From Actinomycetota bacterium (GTDB taxonomy: Bacteria; Actinomycetota; Thermoleophilia; Gaiellales; F1-60-MAGs149), in contig CANJXE010000001.1 of assembly GCA_947478745.1 (NCBI GenBank), positions 1 to 48,843 on the forward strand: a stretch of DNA of 48,843 nucleotides, written 5' to 3'. Shown one piece after another: positions 1 through 7,613 of the stretch (positions are counted from its first letter, which is position 1; every line of letters starts with the position of its first letter). Made by a program: the position numbers and the translations under genes. The notes beneath the pieces are model-generated. The model worked only from the letters and a program-made list of their open reading frames with translations. It did no database searches and was not told the DNA's origin.

Positions 1-93
1 CATCGTCCACTTGGGAAGTGCGGCGGCGGCACCGACGGCGAGTCCGGCTGCGCCCGCGGTCTTCAGGAAGGTCCTTCGCGACACATTGCTCAT
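1..93 (-). CDS. 5' end of an exported protein with a twin-arginine (Tat) signal peptide; gene continues past the window start
   Basis: The reverse complement of 1-93 reads MSNVSRRTFLKTAGAAGLAVGAAAALPKWTM from ATG (complement of 91-93). SRRTFLK matches the Tat consensus S/T-R-R-x-F-L-K and is followed by an Ala/Gly-rich h-region. It is absent from the ORF track because it is truncated. Confidence 0.55.
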   Translation of the reverse strand, partial: MSNVSRRTFLKTAGAAGLAVGAAAALPKWTM

Positions 94-278
94 GGAACGG
101 CTCACTGCAGGGCTCTCCTCGGATGATCGGCTCCGGTGAATGTACCCCACGCGCCTCCAGAGGCCCGCGCCGGAGGGGGCCCGCAAACGGCGGACCGAGC
201 GTCGTGGTGAGAGGCGCACCAGATGGCGCCGCTCGCCCGGGCCTACCATCGGCTGCGCCGGCCCGGTACCCTGCACGC

Positions 279-983
279 GTGGCGCACACCTTTCGCTTCT
301 TCCTGCCGGCCGGCGGGGCCGTCGCGTCGGGCGAGCGCGTCGAGCTCGCCGCCGACGATGCCCATCGCCTGCACAAGGTGCTCCGGCTCGAGGCGGGCGA
401 GCCGGTCGAGGTCGCCGACGGTGCGGGACGCGTCTTCACCGCGACCGTCGAGACCGCCAAGCGGGGCACGCTGATCCTCGGCGAGGAGCTCGCCGCCCAG
501 CCCGGGCTCGCGCCGATCCGTGTCCTGCTCGCGCAGAGCGGTCCGCGCGCCGACGACGCCGTGGAGAAGCTCGTCGAGCTCGGCGTCGCCGAGATCGGTC
601 CGCTGCTCGCGGCGGGTCGTCGCCGCGAGGCGCGCACCGACCGCTGGGAGCGCATCGCCGCGGGGGCGGCCGCGCAGGCCAAGCTGGCGCGGATCCCCAC
701 CATCATCGCGCCCGTCGGCTACGCGGAGGCCCTCGCGGGTGGCGCGATCGTCTGCTCGCACGAGGAGCACGACACGCCGCTGGAGGCTGCGCTGGCGGCC
801 GTAGGTCGGCCCGTGACGCTGCTGATCGGACCAGAGGCCGGCTTCAGCGCGGCTGAGCTCGCAGAGGCCCGCGTGGCGTCATGCCCGATCGTCGCGCTGG
901 GCACGACCGTGCTCCGCACCGAGACGGCGGCGATCGTCGCCGCGGCGCTCGTCCGCGCTCGGCTGGCGGCGGAACCCGGCTGA
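279..983 (+). CDS. rsmE: 16S rRNA (uracil1498-N3)-methyltransferase RsmE
   Basis: In the frame of ORF 18-983. The conserved part starts at GTG 279 (VAHTFRFFLP...). The C-terminal SPOUT-type motif is LLIGPEAGFS...LGTTVLRTETA. The Arg-rich upstream part of the ORF looks non-coding. Confidence 0.8.
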   Translation: MAHTFRFFLPAGGAVASGERVELAADDAHRLHKVLRLEAGEPVEVADGAGRVFTATVETAKRGTLILGEELAAQPGLAPIRVLLAQSGPRADDAVEKLVELGVAEIGPLLAAGRRREARTDRWERIAAGAAAQAKLARIPTIIAPVGYAEALAGGAIVCSHEEHDTPLEAALAAVGRPVTLLIGPEAGFSAAELAEARVASCPIVALGTTVLRTETAAIVAAALVRARLAAEPG

Positions 984-1033
984 TCGACGCGCCTGCGGTG
1001 GTGTCCGGGTGGAGGACGGCTATCCTCGGCAGC

Positions 1034-1474
1034 ATGATCACGCAAGTTGAATCGGACCTCCGCGAGGCACGCCTCGCACGGGACGGCGAGCGGGTTACCG
1101 CGCTGGCCATGCTGCTGAGTGCGCTGAAGGATGCCGAGAAGACAGGCGGCGGCACGCTCGACGACGCCGGTGCCATCCAGGTGCTGACGCGCGAGCGCAA
1201 GAAGCGCGTCGAGGCCGCCGAGAGCTTCCGCGAGGGCGGGCGCGAGGAGGCCGCCCTCAAGGAGGAGTCCGAGCTCGCGATGATCGACCGCTACCTGCCG
1301 GCCCAGATGGCGCAGGACGAGGTCGATGCGATCATCGCCGCCGCGATTGCGGAGAGCGGTGCCACGACGGTCAAGGACCTCGGCTCCGTGATGAAGCTCG
1401 TGCAGCCGCAGACCGCAGGTCGCGCGGACGGCAAGGCCGTCGCCGCCGCCGTGCGTGCCGCGCTCGGTGCCTGA
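1034..1474 (+). CDS. GatB/YqeY domain-containing protein
   Basis: ATG 1034 (MITQVESDLREARLARD...), with a typical YqeY pattern LSALKDAEK...VLTRERKKRVEAAESF...GRADGKAV. Start taken inside ORF 881-1474. Confidence 0.8.
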   Translation: MITQVESDLREARLARDGERVTALAMLLSALKDAEKTGGGTLDDAGAIQVLTRERKKRVEAAESFREGGREEAALKEESELAMIDRYLPAQMAQDEVDAIIAAAIAESGATTVKDLGSVMKLVQPQTAGRADGKAVAAAVRAALGA

Positions 1475-1498
1475 GCCTGTGCCGGTAGTCTGCGGACG

Positions 1499-2449
1499 TT
1501 GAGCCGCATCTCCTTCATCGTCTCCGACGCCGTCGCCCGGGCGCTGTCCGCGCGCGGCGACGAGGTGCTGCGGGCCGTGTCCGAGACCAGCGGCTGCAAG
1601 GCCTACCTGCGGGGCGATGAGGTCATGCTCAGCGGCGACGACGCGGCGGTCGCCCGCGCCCAGGCGATGCTGGCCGAGCTGGCCGAGCTGGCCGACAAGG
1701 GTACGCCGCTGGAGCTGCAGACCGTGGAGGCCGTGGCCGGAGTGCTGGCTGCCAACGGCCACGCGCAGGACGTCCTCGGCGACGTGGTCTGGCGGCATCG
1801 CACGACGACCATCAAGCCCCGCACGGTCAATCAGAAGCTGTACGTCGACACGATTCGCTCACACACGATGACGTTCGGCGTCGGTCCGGCCGGCACGGGC
1901 AAGACGTACCTCGCGATGGCGCTCGCCGTGGCCGCGCTCGACGCGCGGCAGGTGTCGCGCATCATCCTGACGCGCCCGGCCGTGGAGGCGGGGGAGCGCC
2001 TCGGCTTCCTGCCCGGCGACCTGATGGCCAAGGTCGATCCGTACCTGCGCCCGCTGTTCGACGCGCTCTACGACATGATGGACGGCGAGCAGGTGACGGC
2101 GCATCTGGAGCGCGGCGTCGTCGAGGTGGCGCCGCTGGCGTTCATGCGCGGCCGCACGCTCAACGACGCGTTCATCATCCTCGACGAGGCGCAGAACACG
2201 ACGAAGGAGCAGATGCGCATGTTCCTGACGCGCCTGGGCATGGGCTCCAAGGTCGTCGTGACGGGCGATCCCACGCAGGTGGATCTGCCGCGCGACTCGC
2301 TGTCCGGGCTCGTCGAGGCTGCGCGCATCCTCCAGAACGTGCCGGACATCGGCATCATCCACTTCGATCGCAACGACGTCGTGCGCCACAAGCTGGTGCA
2401 GCGGATCGTCGAGGCGTACCGCATCTCAGACGAGGACACACTGCAATGA
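1499..2449 (+). CDS. phoH: PhoH-like ATPase (PhoH/YbeZ)
   Basis: Walker A GPAGTGKTYLAMA, plus the PhoH blocks ILTRPAVEAGERLGFLPGD and FIILDEAQN. Lies in the conserved phoH-ybeY arrangement. Confidence 0.9.
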   Translation: MSRISFIVSDAVARALSARGDEVLRAVSETSGCKAYLRGDEVMLSGDDAAVARAQAMLAELAELADKGTPLELQTVEAVAGVLAANGHAQDVLGDVVWRHRTTTIKPRTVNQKLYVDTIRSHTMTFGVGPAGTGKTYLAMALAVAALDARQVSRIILTRPAVEAGERLGFLPGDLMAKVDPYLRPLFDALYDMMDGEQVTAHLERGVVEVAPLAFMRGRTLNDAFIILDEAQNTTKEQMRMFLTRLGMGSKVVVTGDPTQVDLPRDSLSGLVEAARILQNVPDIGIIHFDRNDVVRHKLVQRIVEAYRISDEDTLQ

Positions 2450-2895
2450 GCATTGATATCGACGATCGCGCCGAGTGCGGCGTGGACGGAGCGGCCGTCG
2501 CCGCCGTGATCGAGGCCGTGCTGGCCGCAGAGCAGGTCGGCGAGGTCGAGGTCGGCGTGGTCCTGCTCGACGAGCACGAGATGCAGGAGATCAACCGTGA
2601 GCATCGCGGCAAGGACGAGCCCACCGACGTCCTCGCGTTCCCGATCGATGACGACGAGGACGAGGATCTCGACGGCGTCACGCGCATGCTCGGCGACGTC
2701 GTGATCTGCGTGCCCGTGATGGCGCGCCAGGCCGCCGAGAACGATGTGGCGATCGGCGACGAGCTCGTCGACCTGCTGGCGCACGGCACGCTGCACCTGC
2801 TGGGCTACGACCACGAGACCGACGACGGCCGGATGCTGGCGCGTCAGGACGAGATCGTCGCGAACCTCGCGCCGATCGCCTGGCCCGCCGACTGA
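2446..2895 (+). CDS. ybeY: rRNA maturation endoribonuclease YbeY
   Basis: HGTLHLLGYDHE zinc-binding His triad. The ATG overlaps the phoH stop (ATGA). Confidence 0.9.
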   Translation: MSIDIDDRAECGVDGAAVAAVIEAVLAAEQVGEVEVGVVLLDEHEMQEINREHRGKDEPTDVLAFPIDDDEDEDLDGVTRMLGDVVICVPVMARQAAENDVAIGDELVDLLAHGTLHLLGYDHETDDGRMLARQDEIVANLAPIAWPAD

Positions 2896-2980
2896 CCGCG
2901 TCGCACTCCCGCGCGAGAGCGCTTCCCTTGCAGGCGCTTGAGGCGCTCGCCGGTGCGGGCCGCGCTGGCACGCTCGGCGC

Positions 2981-3964
2981 ATGGAACAGGAACACGGCTC
3001 GCGCGGCATCATCATCGGCGATCGCTACCGCGTGGCGGGTGCCCTGCGGCGTACCGGACTGATCGACGCCGTCGATCTCGAGGCCGATCGCACGCAGGCG
3101 GCCTGCCGCGTCGTGGGCGTGCCCGGCGATGTCGAGCGCGTGGAGCAGTGGGAGGATGCCTGGCGCGCGGCTCAGGGATCGGCGCGCCTTCCCCGCCTGC
3201 GCGAGGTCGTCGCCGACGAGGACGGGGTGCACTGGGCGGTGCTCGATGCATCGCGGGCGGTCGAGCGACCGCTGCCCGAGGACGCGCGCACGCAGGCTCG
3301 GGAACTGGGGGAGGGATTGGCCGAGGCCGGTCTGGACGCCGGCGACGTCGTGCGCAGCATGCTGGGCGTGGACGCCGCGGGGCTGCTGCTGATCGACGGT
3401 CCCGTCTGGCTGGGTGGCGGCCATGCGCCGCGGGCGGCTGGGGCGCTGGTGGCCCGCCTGCTGCCGGAGCCGGCGCCGACGGAGCCGCCGTTCGAGGATT
3501 TCGGCCCCGAGGCGGCTCCCGCCCGGCAGCCGGTGCGACGGGCGCGACGGCGACGCGGGCAGCTGATCGTGCCGCTCGCCATCGTCGTGGTGCTCGCCGC
3601 GGCGGCGACGGTGCTGGTCCTGCCGGCGCGGTCGGCGGGCACCGCCGTGATCGCGCCGGCCGCACCCGCCCGGTCGGGCGACATCCTGCTCGGTGATGGC
3701 GGTCCGTCGTCGGCAGCCCCGCAGGTGGTGGCTGCGTCGGTGTCGGTGCCGGTGCCGCGCCGGCCGCGCCGCCCACGCGTCGTCGCATCGTCGCCCCCGG
3801 CACCGGCGCCACCCGTCGTGACGGTGACCGTGATGGTGGAGGCGCCGTCGGCGCCCCTCCCCGAGGCCGTCGTGCCCGAGCTGCCGATGGCGGCGGCGAG
3901 CCCCGTGCCCGACGTCCCCCTGGCGGACCTCGCTCCGTCGCTCCCGGTCGTCGCCGGCGGTTGA
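2981..3964 (+). CDS. Single-pass membrane protein with a degenerate Ser/Thr-kinase-like N-domain and a Pro-rich C-terminal region
   Basis: High GC3 in this frame. The N-terminus IIGDRYRVAGALRRTG...AACRVVG...LPRLREVV...WAVLD resembles a Hanks kinase N-lobe, but the catalytic motifs are missing. A basic stretch RRARRRRG is followed by the TM helix LIVPLAIVVVLAAAATVLVL (about aa 195-214), then a Pro/Ala/Val-rich tail. Confidence 0.6.
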   Translation: MEQEHGSRGIIIGDRYRVAGALRRTGLIDAVDLEADRTQAACRVVGVPGDVERVEQWEDAWRAAQGSARLPRLREVVADEDGVHWAVLDASRAVERPLPEDARTQARELGEGLAEAGLDAGDVVRSMLGVDAAGLLLIDGPVWLGGGHAPRAAGALVARLLPEPAPTEPPFEDFGPEAAPARQPVRRARRRRGQLIVPLAIVVVLAAAATVLVLPARSAGTAVIAPAAPARSGDILLGDGGPSSAAPQVVAASVSVPVPRRPRRPRVVASSPPAPAPPVVTVTVMVEAPSAPLPEAVVPELPMAAASPVPDVPLADLAPSLPVVAGG

Positions 3965-3976
3965 TAGCGTCGGGGC

Positions 3977-4825
3977 GTGCGCGTGCCCGCTCTGGTCATC
4001 GACCCCATCGCTCCCTACGACCTGCTGCGCTCTGCGCGCGGCGGCGACGGCGTGACGCGCCGGGTGGCCGGGGACGTCGTTGAGGTCGCCCTGCGCAGCG
4101 GGTCGGGGCCGGCGCGCGTGCGCCAGCGTGCCGACGGTGCGCTCGAGGTCGCGTTGCCGGACGGGGACCGCGTGGCCGCAGAGCGCGAGCTGCGCTTCCG
4201 GCTCGGGTGCGACGAGTCGATCGACGGCTTCGTTGCGCTGGCACGGGCCGATCCACTGCTGGGGCCGCTGCTGCGCCGCGCGCCCGGGCTGCGTCCGCTG
4301 CGCACCGGCACCGTCGCCCACGCCGCGCTCCAGGCCTTCGCCGGCCAGCTGATCACCTTCCGCGAGGCGCAGCAGATCGAGCGCCGCGTGGTGCGCCTGG
4401 CGTTGCCGACCGCTTCCGGCGAGCTCGTGCCGTCGCCGACTGCCGAGGAATTGCTCGCGCTCGGCACGGCACGGATCGTGAGCTGCGGACTCGCACAGCG
4501 CCGCGCCGATGCGCTGATGCGCCTCCTGCGCGGCGTCGACCTGGAGCGCCTACGCACGCTCGAGCCCGAGCGAGTGGCAGCGCGTCTCAGCCGCGAGAGC
4601 CAGATCGGCCCGTGGACGATCGGCGTGATCGGGCTGCACGGCTACGGGTGGCGCGATCACGGGCTGGTTGGCGACCTCGGTCTGATGCGCCTCGCCTCGG
4701 CGCGCCTCGGGCGCGCAGCCGAAGTGGAGGACACCGCCGAGCTGCTGGCGCCCTATGCGCCCTGGCGCGGATTGGCCAGCATGCACCTGCTCGGGCACCC
4801 GCTGGCTCGCGTGGCGCGGCGGTGA
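3977..4825 (+). CDS. HhH-GPD family DNA glycosylase (AlkA / 3-methyladenine glycosylase II-like)
   Basis: Helix-hairpin-helix region GPWTIGVIGLHGYGWRDHGLVGDLGLMRL with an Asp in the position of the AlkA catalytic Asp. GTG start per ORF track. Confidence 0.7.
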   Translation: MRVPALVIDPIAPYDLLRSARGGDGVTRRVAGDVVEVALRSGSGPARVRQRADGALEVALPDGDRVAAERELRFRLGCDESIDGFVALARADPLLGPLLRRAPGLRPLRTGTVAHAALQAFAGQLITFREAQQIERRVVRLALPTASGELVPSPTAEELLALGTARIVSCGLAQRRADALMRLLRGVDLERLRTLEPERVAARLSRESQIGPWTIGVIGLHGYGWRDHGLVGDLGLMRLASARLGRAAEVEDTAELLAPYAPWRGLASMHLLGHPLARVARR

Positions 4826-4836
4826 GGGGCGGGCTG

Positions 4837-4873
4837 CAGCTTTGCGGAGGGGTCAGACCCCTCCGCAAAGCTG
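4837..4873 (+). terminator. Perfect 17-bp stem / 3-nt loop hairpin 12 nt after the glycosylase stop
   Basis: cagctttgcggaggggt-cag-acccctccgcaaagctg. The arms are exact reverse complements. There is no U-tract, which is common in high-GC genomes. Confidence 0.5.
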
Positions 4874-5050
4874 GACGGCGCGTCGGCGGCATGCGGGGGC
4901 GCCGATCGGCGCGTGGCGCCGACGTGGAGACTTCGTTGCCGGATCGGGGTCAGCCCCCCTCGCAATGCGCCGACCGCCTGCTGGCTGCGCCGGTGCGACG
5001 ACGCGCTGTGCGATGGGGCCAGACCCCTGCGGATGGGAGTCACCCCCCCC
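4844..5050. repeat. Four degenerate copies of a roughly 20-nt GGA(T/G)-GGGGTCAG-CCCC motif in the intergenic region
   Basis: The copies are gcggaggggtcagacccctccgc (4844-4866), ccggatcggggtcagcccccctcgc (4939-4963), cgatggggccagacccctgcgg (5011-5033) and gcggatgggagtcacccccccc (5029-5050). Confidence 0.4.
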
Positions 5051-5054
5051 TGTT

Positions 5055-5096
5055 GCACTTGTCTGGGGGCGCCGGTGGCGCTCCCCAGACAAGTGC
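5055..5096 (-). terminator. Long GC-rich hairpin abutting the 3' end of tRNA-Arg
   Basis: gcacttgtctgggg (5055-5068) pairs perfectly with ccccagacaagtgc (5083-5096), with an inner gcgc/gcgc stem. It overlaps the last 3 nt of the tRNA. Confidence 0.4.
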
Positions 5097-5166
5097 CCCC
5101 GAGACGATTTGAACGTCTGACCCCAGCCTTCGGAGGGCTGTGCTCTATCCACTGAGCTACGGGGGC
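5094..5166 (-). tRNA. tRNA-Arg (anticodon CCG)
   Basis: The reverse complement is GCCCCCGTAGCTCAGTGGATAGAGCACAGCCCTCCGAAGGCTGGGGTCAGACGTTCAAATCGTCTCGGGGGCA. Acceptor stem is 7 bp (GCCCCCG/CGGGGGC), the D-arm is GCTCAGTGGATAGAGC, and the anticodon stem CAGCC/GGCTG carries loop CTCCGAA. The T-arm is AGACG-TTCAAAT-CGTCT. CCA is not encoded. Confidence 0.9.
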
Positions 5167-5223
5167 GGGCAGCGGTGAGGATAGCGGACGCCTGCCGGCG
5201 GGCCGTGTCGTAGGGTTCCGCCC

Positions 5224-6234
5224 ATGGAGATCCGAGCCCGCATTGAGAACCTGACCCTGCACGAGCCGTTCGAGATCGCGCGAGGCGTCTCGACCCACGA
5301 GCCCGTGCTGATCGTGGAGCTGGAGCACGATGGCCTGATCGGCATCGGCGAGGGCGCGCCGGTCGACTACCACGGCGAGACGACCGAGGCCATGCTGGCC
5401 GAGGTCAACGGCGTCGGTGCCGCGCTGCTCGGCGACGATCCGTTCGCGCTCGAGGCGATCATGCGACGGCTGCACTCCGAGGGCCTGATGGGCGGCACGC
5501 GCATGGCGATCGACGGGGCGCTGCACGACTGGGTCGGCAAGCGGCTCGGTCAGCCGACCTGGCGCCTGCTCGGCCTCGAGCCGACCAGCCCCGCGACCTC
5601 CTTCACGATCGGCATCGACACCGTCGACGGCACGGCGGACAAGGTGCGCCGCGCCGCGGGCTACCGCGTCCTCAAGGTCAAGGTCGGCGGCGCAGCCGAC
5701 CTCGAGCGCCTCGAGGTGGTGCGCGCGGGCTTCAGCGGCCCGATTCGGATCGACGGCAACGAGGGCTGGGACATCGAGATCGCCCGCGCCATCACGCCCG
5801 ATCTGCTCCGCCTCGGCATCGAGTTCGTCGAGCAGCCGTTCCATCGCGAGGACGTCGACGCCTACCGGGCCTACCGCGAGCTCGACCGTCGCCTGCCGGT
5901 GATCCTCGACGAGTCGGCCCAGGAGGCCCGTGACGTGCCGCTGTGCGCCGTGCTCGGTGATGGCGTCAACATCAAGATCTCGAAGACGGGGGGCATCCGC
6001 GGCGGCTTCTCGCTGGCCCGTGCCGCCCGCGCCCACGGCCTGGCCGTGATGATCGGGTGCATGATCGAGTCCGAGCTCGGCATCAGCCAGGGCGCGCAGA
6101 TCGCGTCCCTGTGCGATCACGTCGACCTCGATGGGCATCTGCTGATCGACGACGGTCCCTACACGGGCCTCGGATTCATCGATGGCGTCGTGACGGTCTC
6201 GTCCGCGCCCGGACTGGGAGTGGTGGCGGTATGA
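5224..6234 (+). CDS. Enolase-superfamily dipeptide epimerase-like protein (L-Ala-D/L-Glu epimerase family; possible N-acyl-D-Glu racemase)
   Basis: MR/MLE barrel motifs are present: VLKVKVGG, IRIDGNEGW, FVEQP, ILDES and NIKISKTGG. Confidence 0.8.
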   Translation: MEIRARIENLTLHEPFEIARGVSTHEPVLIVELEHDGLIGIGEGAPVDYHGETTEAMLAEVNGVGAALLGDDPFALEAIMRRLHSEGLMGGTRMAIDGALHDWVGKRLGQPTWRLLGLEPTSPATSFTIGIDTVDGTADKVRRAAGYRVLKVKVGGAADLERLEVVRAGFSGPIRIDGNEGWDIEIARAITPDLLRLGIEFVEQPFHREDVDAYRAYRELDRRLPVILDESAQEARDVPLCAVLGDGVNIKISKTGGIRGGFSLARAARAHGLAVMIGCMIESELGISQGAQIASLCDHVDLDGHLLIDDGPYTGLGFIDGVVTVSSAPGLGVVAV

Positions 6235-7283
6235 GCGAGCAGCTGGCGATTCTGGCCGAGGGCCTCTGGGCGCAGTCGGACGCGAAGACGGGGCATGGCG
6301 TCCTGCGCTTCGGCAACGACCGCGACATCGTCTGCGTGGTGGACAGCACCCAGGCGGGCAGGACGAGCGCCGCAGTCGTGCCGTTCGCCCGTCGCGACGT
6401 GCCGATCGTCGCCGACGTCGATGCCGCGCGTGCGCTGGGCGCGACGTGCGCCCTGATCGGCGTGGCCCCGGCCGGTGGCAAGCTGACCGACGCCTGGAAG
6501 CAGCAGCTCCTGCGCGCCATGGAGCTCGGCATGGACGTCGAGGCCGGCCTGCACACGCTCCTCAACGACGATCCGCTGCTCGTCGAAGCCGCGACGCGGC
6601 ACGATGTCGCGCTGCGCGATCTGCGCACGTCCCCGCAGGGCCTCACGATCCCGCGTGCCGACCTCTCGCGGCCGGCAGGGGTGCGCGTCGTCCACACCGT
6701 GGGCACCGATTGCGCAATCGGCAAGATGTCGACCGCGCTCGAGCTGACCGACGGTGCGATCGCTCGCGGGCGGCGTGCCGCCTTCGTGGCCACGGGCCAG
6801 ACCGGCATCGCGATCACAGGGTGGGGGATCGCCGTCGACCACGTCATCGCCGACTACGTCAACGGCGCGGCCGAATCGCTGATCGATCAGGGCGCCGAGC
6901 GCGGTGACCTCCTGTTCCTCGAGGGACAGGGCTCGCTGCTGCATCCGGGCTACAGCGCGGTGACGCAGGGGCTCCTGCACGGCTCGCAGCCCGACGTCCT
7001 CGTGCTCCAGCACCTCGCTGGCCAGACGTACAACGACGACTACCCGTCGCGCCCGATTCCGCCGTTGCGGGACGTCATCGCCCTCTACGAGCTGTCGGCC
7101 AGCGCGGTGCGCCCGGCCAAGGTGGCCGCGATCGCCCTGAACACGAAGCACCTTGATGACGCGGGCGCCCAGCAGGCGATCGCCGAGGCCGAGGCGGCAA
7201 CGGGGCTGGTGGCCGATGACGTCGTGCGCAACGGCCCTGCCCGCGTGCTGGATGCGGTGCTCGCTGCCGTCGACGCGCTGTGA
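6231..7283 (+). CDS. DUF1611 family protein (putative D-glutamate N-acetyltransferase DgcN-like)
   Basis: ATG 6231 overlaps the epimerase stop (ATGA). DUF1611-like blocks seen are VHTVGTDCAIGKMSTALEL and LEGQGSLLHPGYS. The N-terminal 58 codons of ORF 6057-7283 overlap the epimerase and are rejected. Confidence 0.75.
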   Translation: MSEQLAILAEGLWAQSDAKTGHGVLRFGNDRDIVCVVDSTQAGRTSAAVVPFARRDVPIVADVDAARALGATCALIGVAPAGGKLTDAWKQQLLRAMELGMDVEAGLHTLLNDDPLLVEAATRHDVALRDLRTSPQGLTIPRADLSRPAGVRVVHTVGTDCAIGKMSTALELTDGAIARGRRAAFVATGQTGIAITGWGIAVDHVIADYVNGAAESLIDQGAERGDLLFLEGQGSLLHPGYSAVTQGLLHGSQPDVLVLQHLAGQTYNDDYPSRPIPPLRDVIALYELSASAVRPAKVAAIALNTKHLDDAGAQQAIAEAEAATGLVADDVVRNGPARVLDAVLAAVDAL

Positions 7284-7305
7284 CCCAATCGTTACGCCGT
7301 TGCGC

Positions 7306-7334
7306 TTGACACGAACACCTGTTCGCCCTAACGT
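7306..7334 (+). promoter_or_regulatory. Candidate sigma-70-type promoter, TTGACA-17 nt-TAACGT, placing the TSS at or just before ATG 7344 (leaderless)
   Basis: TTGACA at 7306-7311 and TAACGT (TANNNT) at 7329-7334. No Shine-Dalgarno sequence precedes the ATG. Confidence 0.4.
7312..7325. promoter_or_regulatory. LexA (Cheo/SOS) box 1
   Basis: CGAACACCTGTTCG is a perfect CGAAC-N4-GTTCG palindrome. It fills the -35/-10 spacer. Confidence 0.65.
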
Positions 7335-7336
7335 AG

Positions 7337-7350
7337 CGAACATATGTTCG
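7337..7350. promoter_or_regulatory. LexA (Cheo/SOS) box 2
   Basis: CGAACATATGTTCG is a perfect palindrome that contains the ATG start codon (7344-7346). Confidence 0.65.
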
Positions 7351-7613
7351 ACATCCGAATACTCCGCTCGGCGGGCCTGCTGCTCGCCATCCTCGCCCTC
7401 GTCCTCGTGATCGGCCTGCGCACTGCGCCAGCCAGTCAGGGCGGCCAGGAGCCACAGTCCTACATCGTCCAGCCGGGCGACTCACTGTGGTCGATCGCGA
7501 CTGCCACCAGCACCGGCGATCCGCGCGACCGCGTGGGGCAGATCGAGGAGCTCAACGGCCTCGCCGGCTCCACGATCCAGGCCGGCCAGACGCTGCTTCT
7601 GCCCGCATCCTGA
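7344..7613 (+). CDS. Small membrane-anchored LysM protein; candidate SOS-induced cell-division inhibitor (YneA/ChiZ-like)
   Basis: 89 aa. The N-terminal TM helix is [16 protein letters not shown] and the C-terminal LysM domain is [13 protein letters not shown]...[21 protein letters not shown]. Two LexA boxes overlap the promoter and start codon. Confidence 0.75.
   Translation: MFDIRILRSAGLLLAILALVLVIGLRTAPASQGGQEPQSYIVQPGDSLWSIATATSTGDPRDRVGQIEELNGLAGSTIQAGQTLLLPAS

Noticed and set aside
2678-4321. A 547-aa minus-strand ORF, plus overlapping 250-280-aa ORFs at 2938-3696, 3012-3812 and 3172-4008.
   Set aside because: They have extreme Arg/Pro/Ala/Gly composition and lie antisense or out of frame to ybeY, the kinase-like gene and the glycosylase. 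These are typical GC-rich shadow ORFs.
4826-5223. An integrated mobile element or genomic island at tRNA-Arg, and likewise at tRNA-His (41756-41990).
   Set aside because: No integrase, transposase, excisionase or phage-like ORF lies near either tRNA. I could see no direct repeat of the tRNA 3' end further along the window. Only short repeats remain, and these are reported separately as low-interest observations.
4753-6138. A 461-aa minus-strand ORF spanning the tRNA-Arg gene and the epimerase.
   Set aside because: It runs through a tRNA gene and a repeat-filled spacer and is antisense to a well-supported enolase-superfamily gene.
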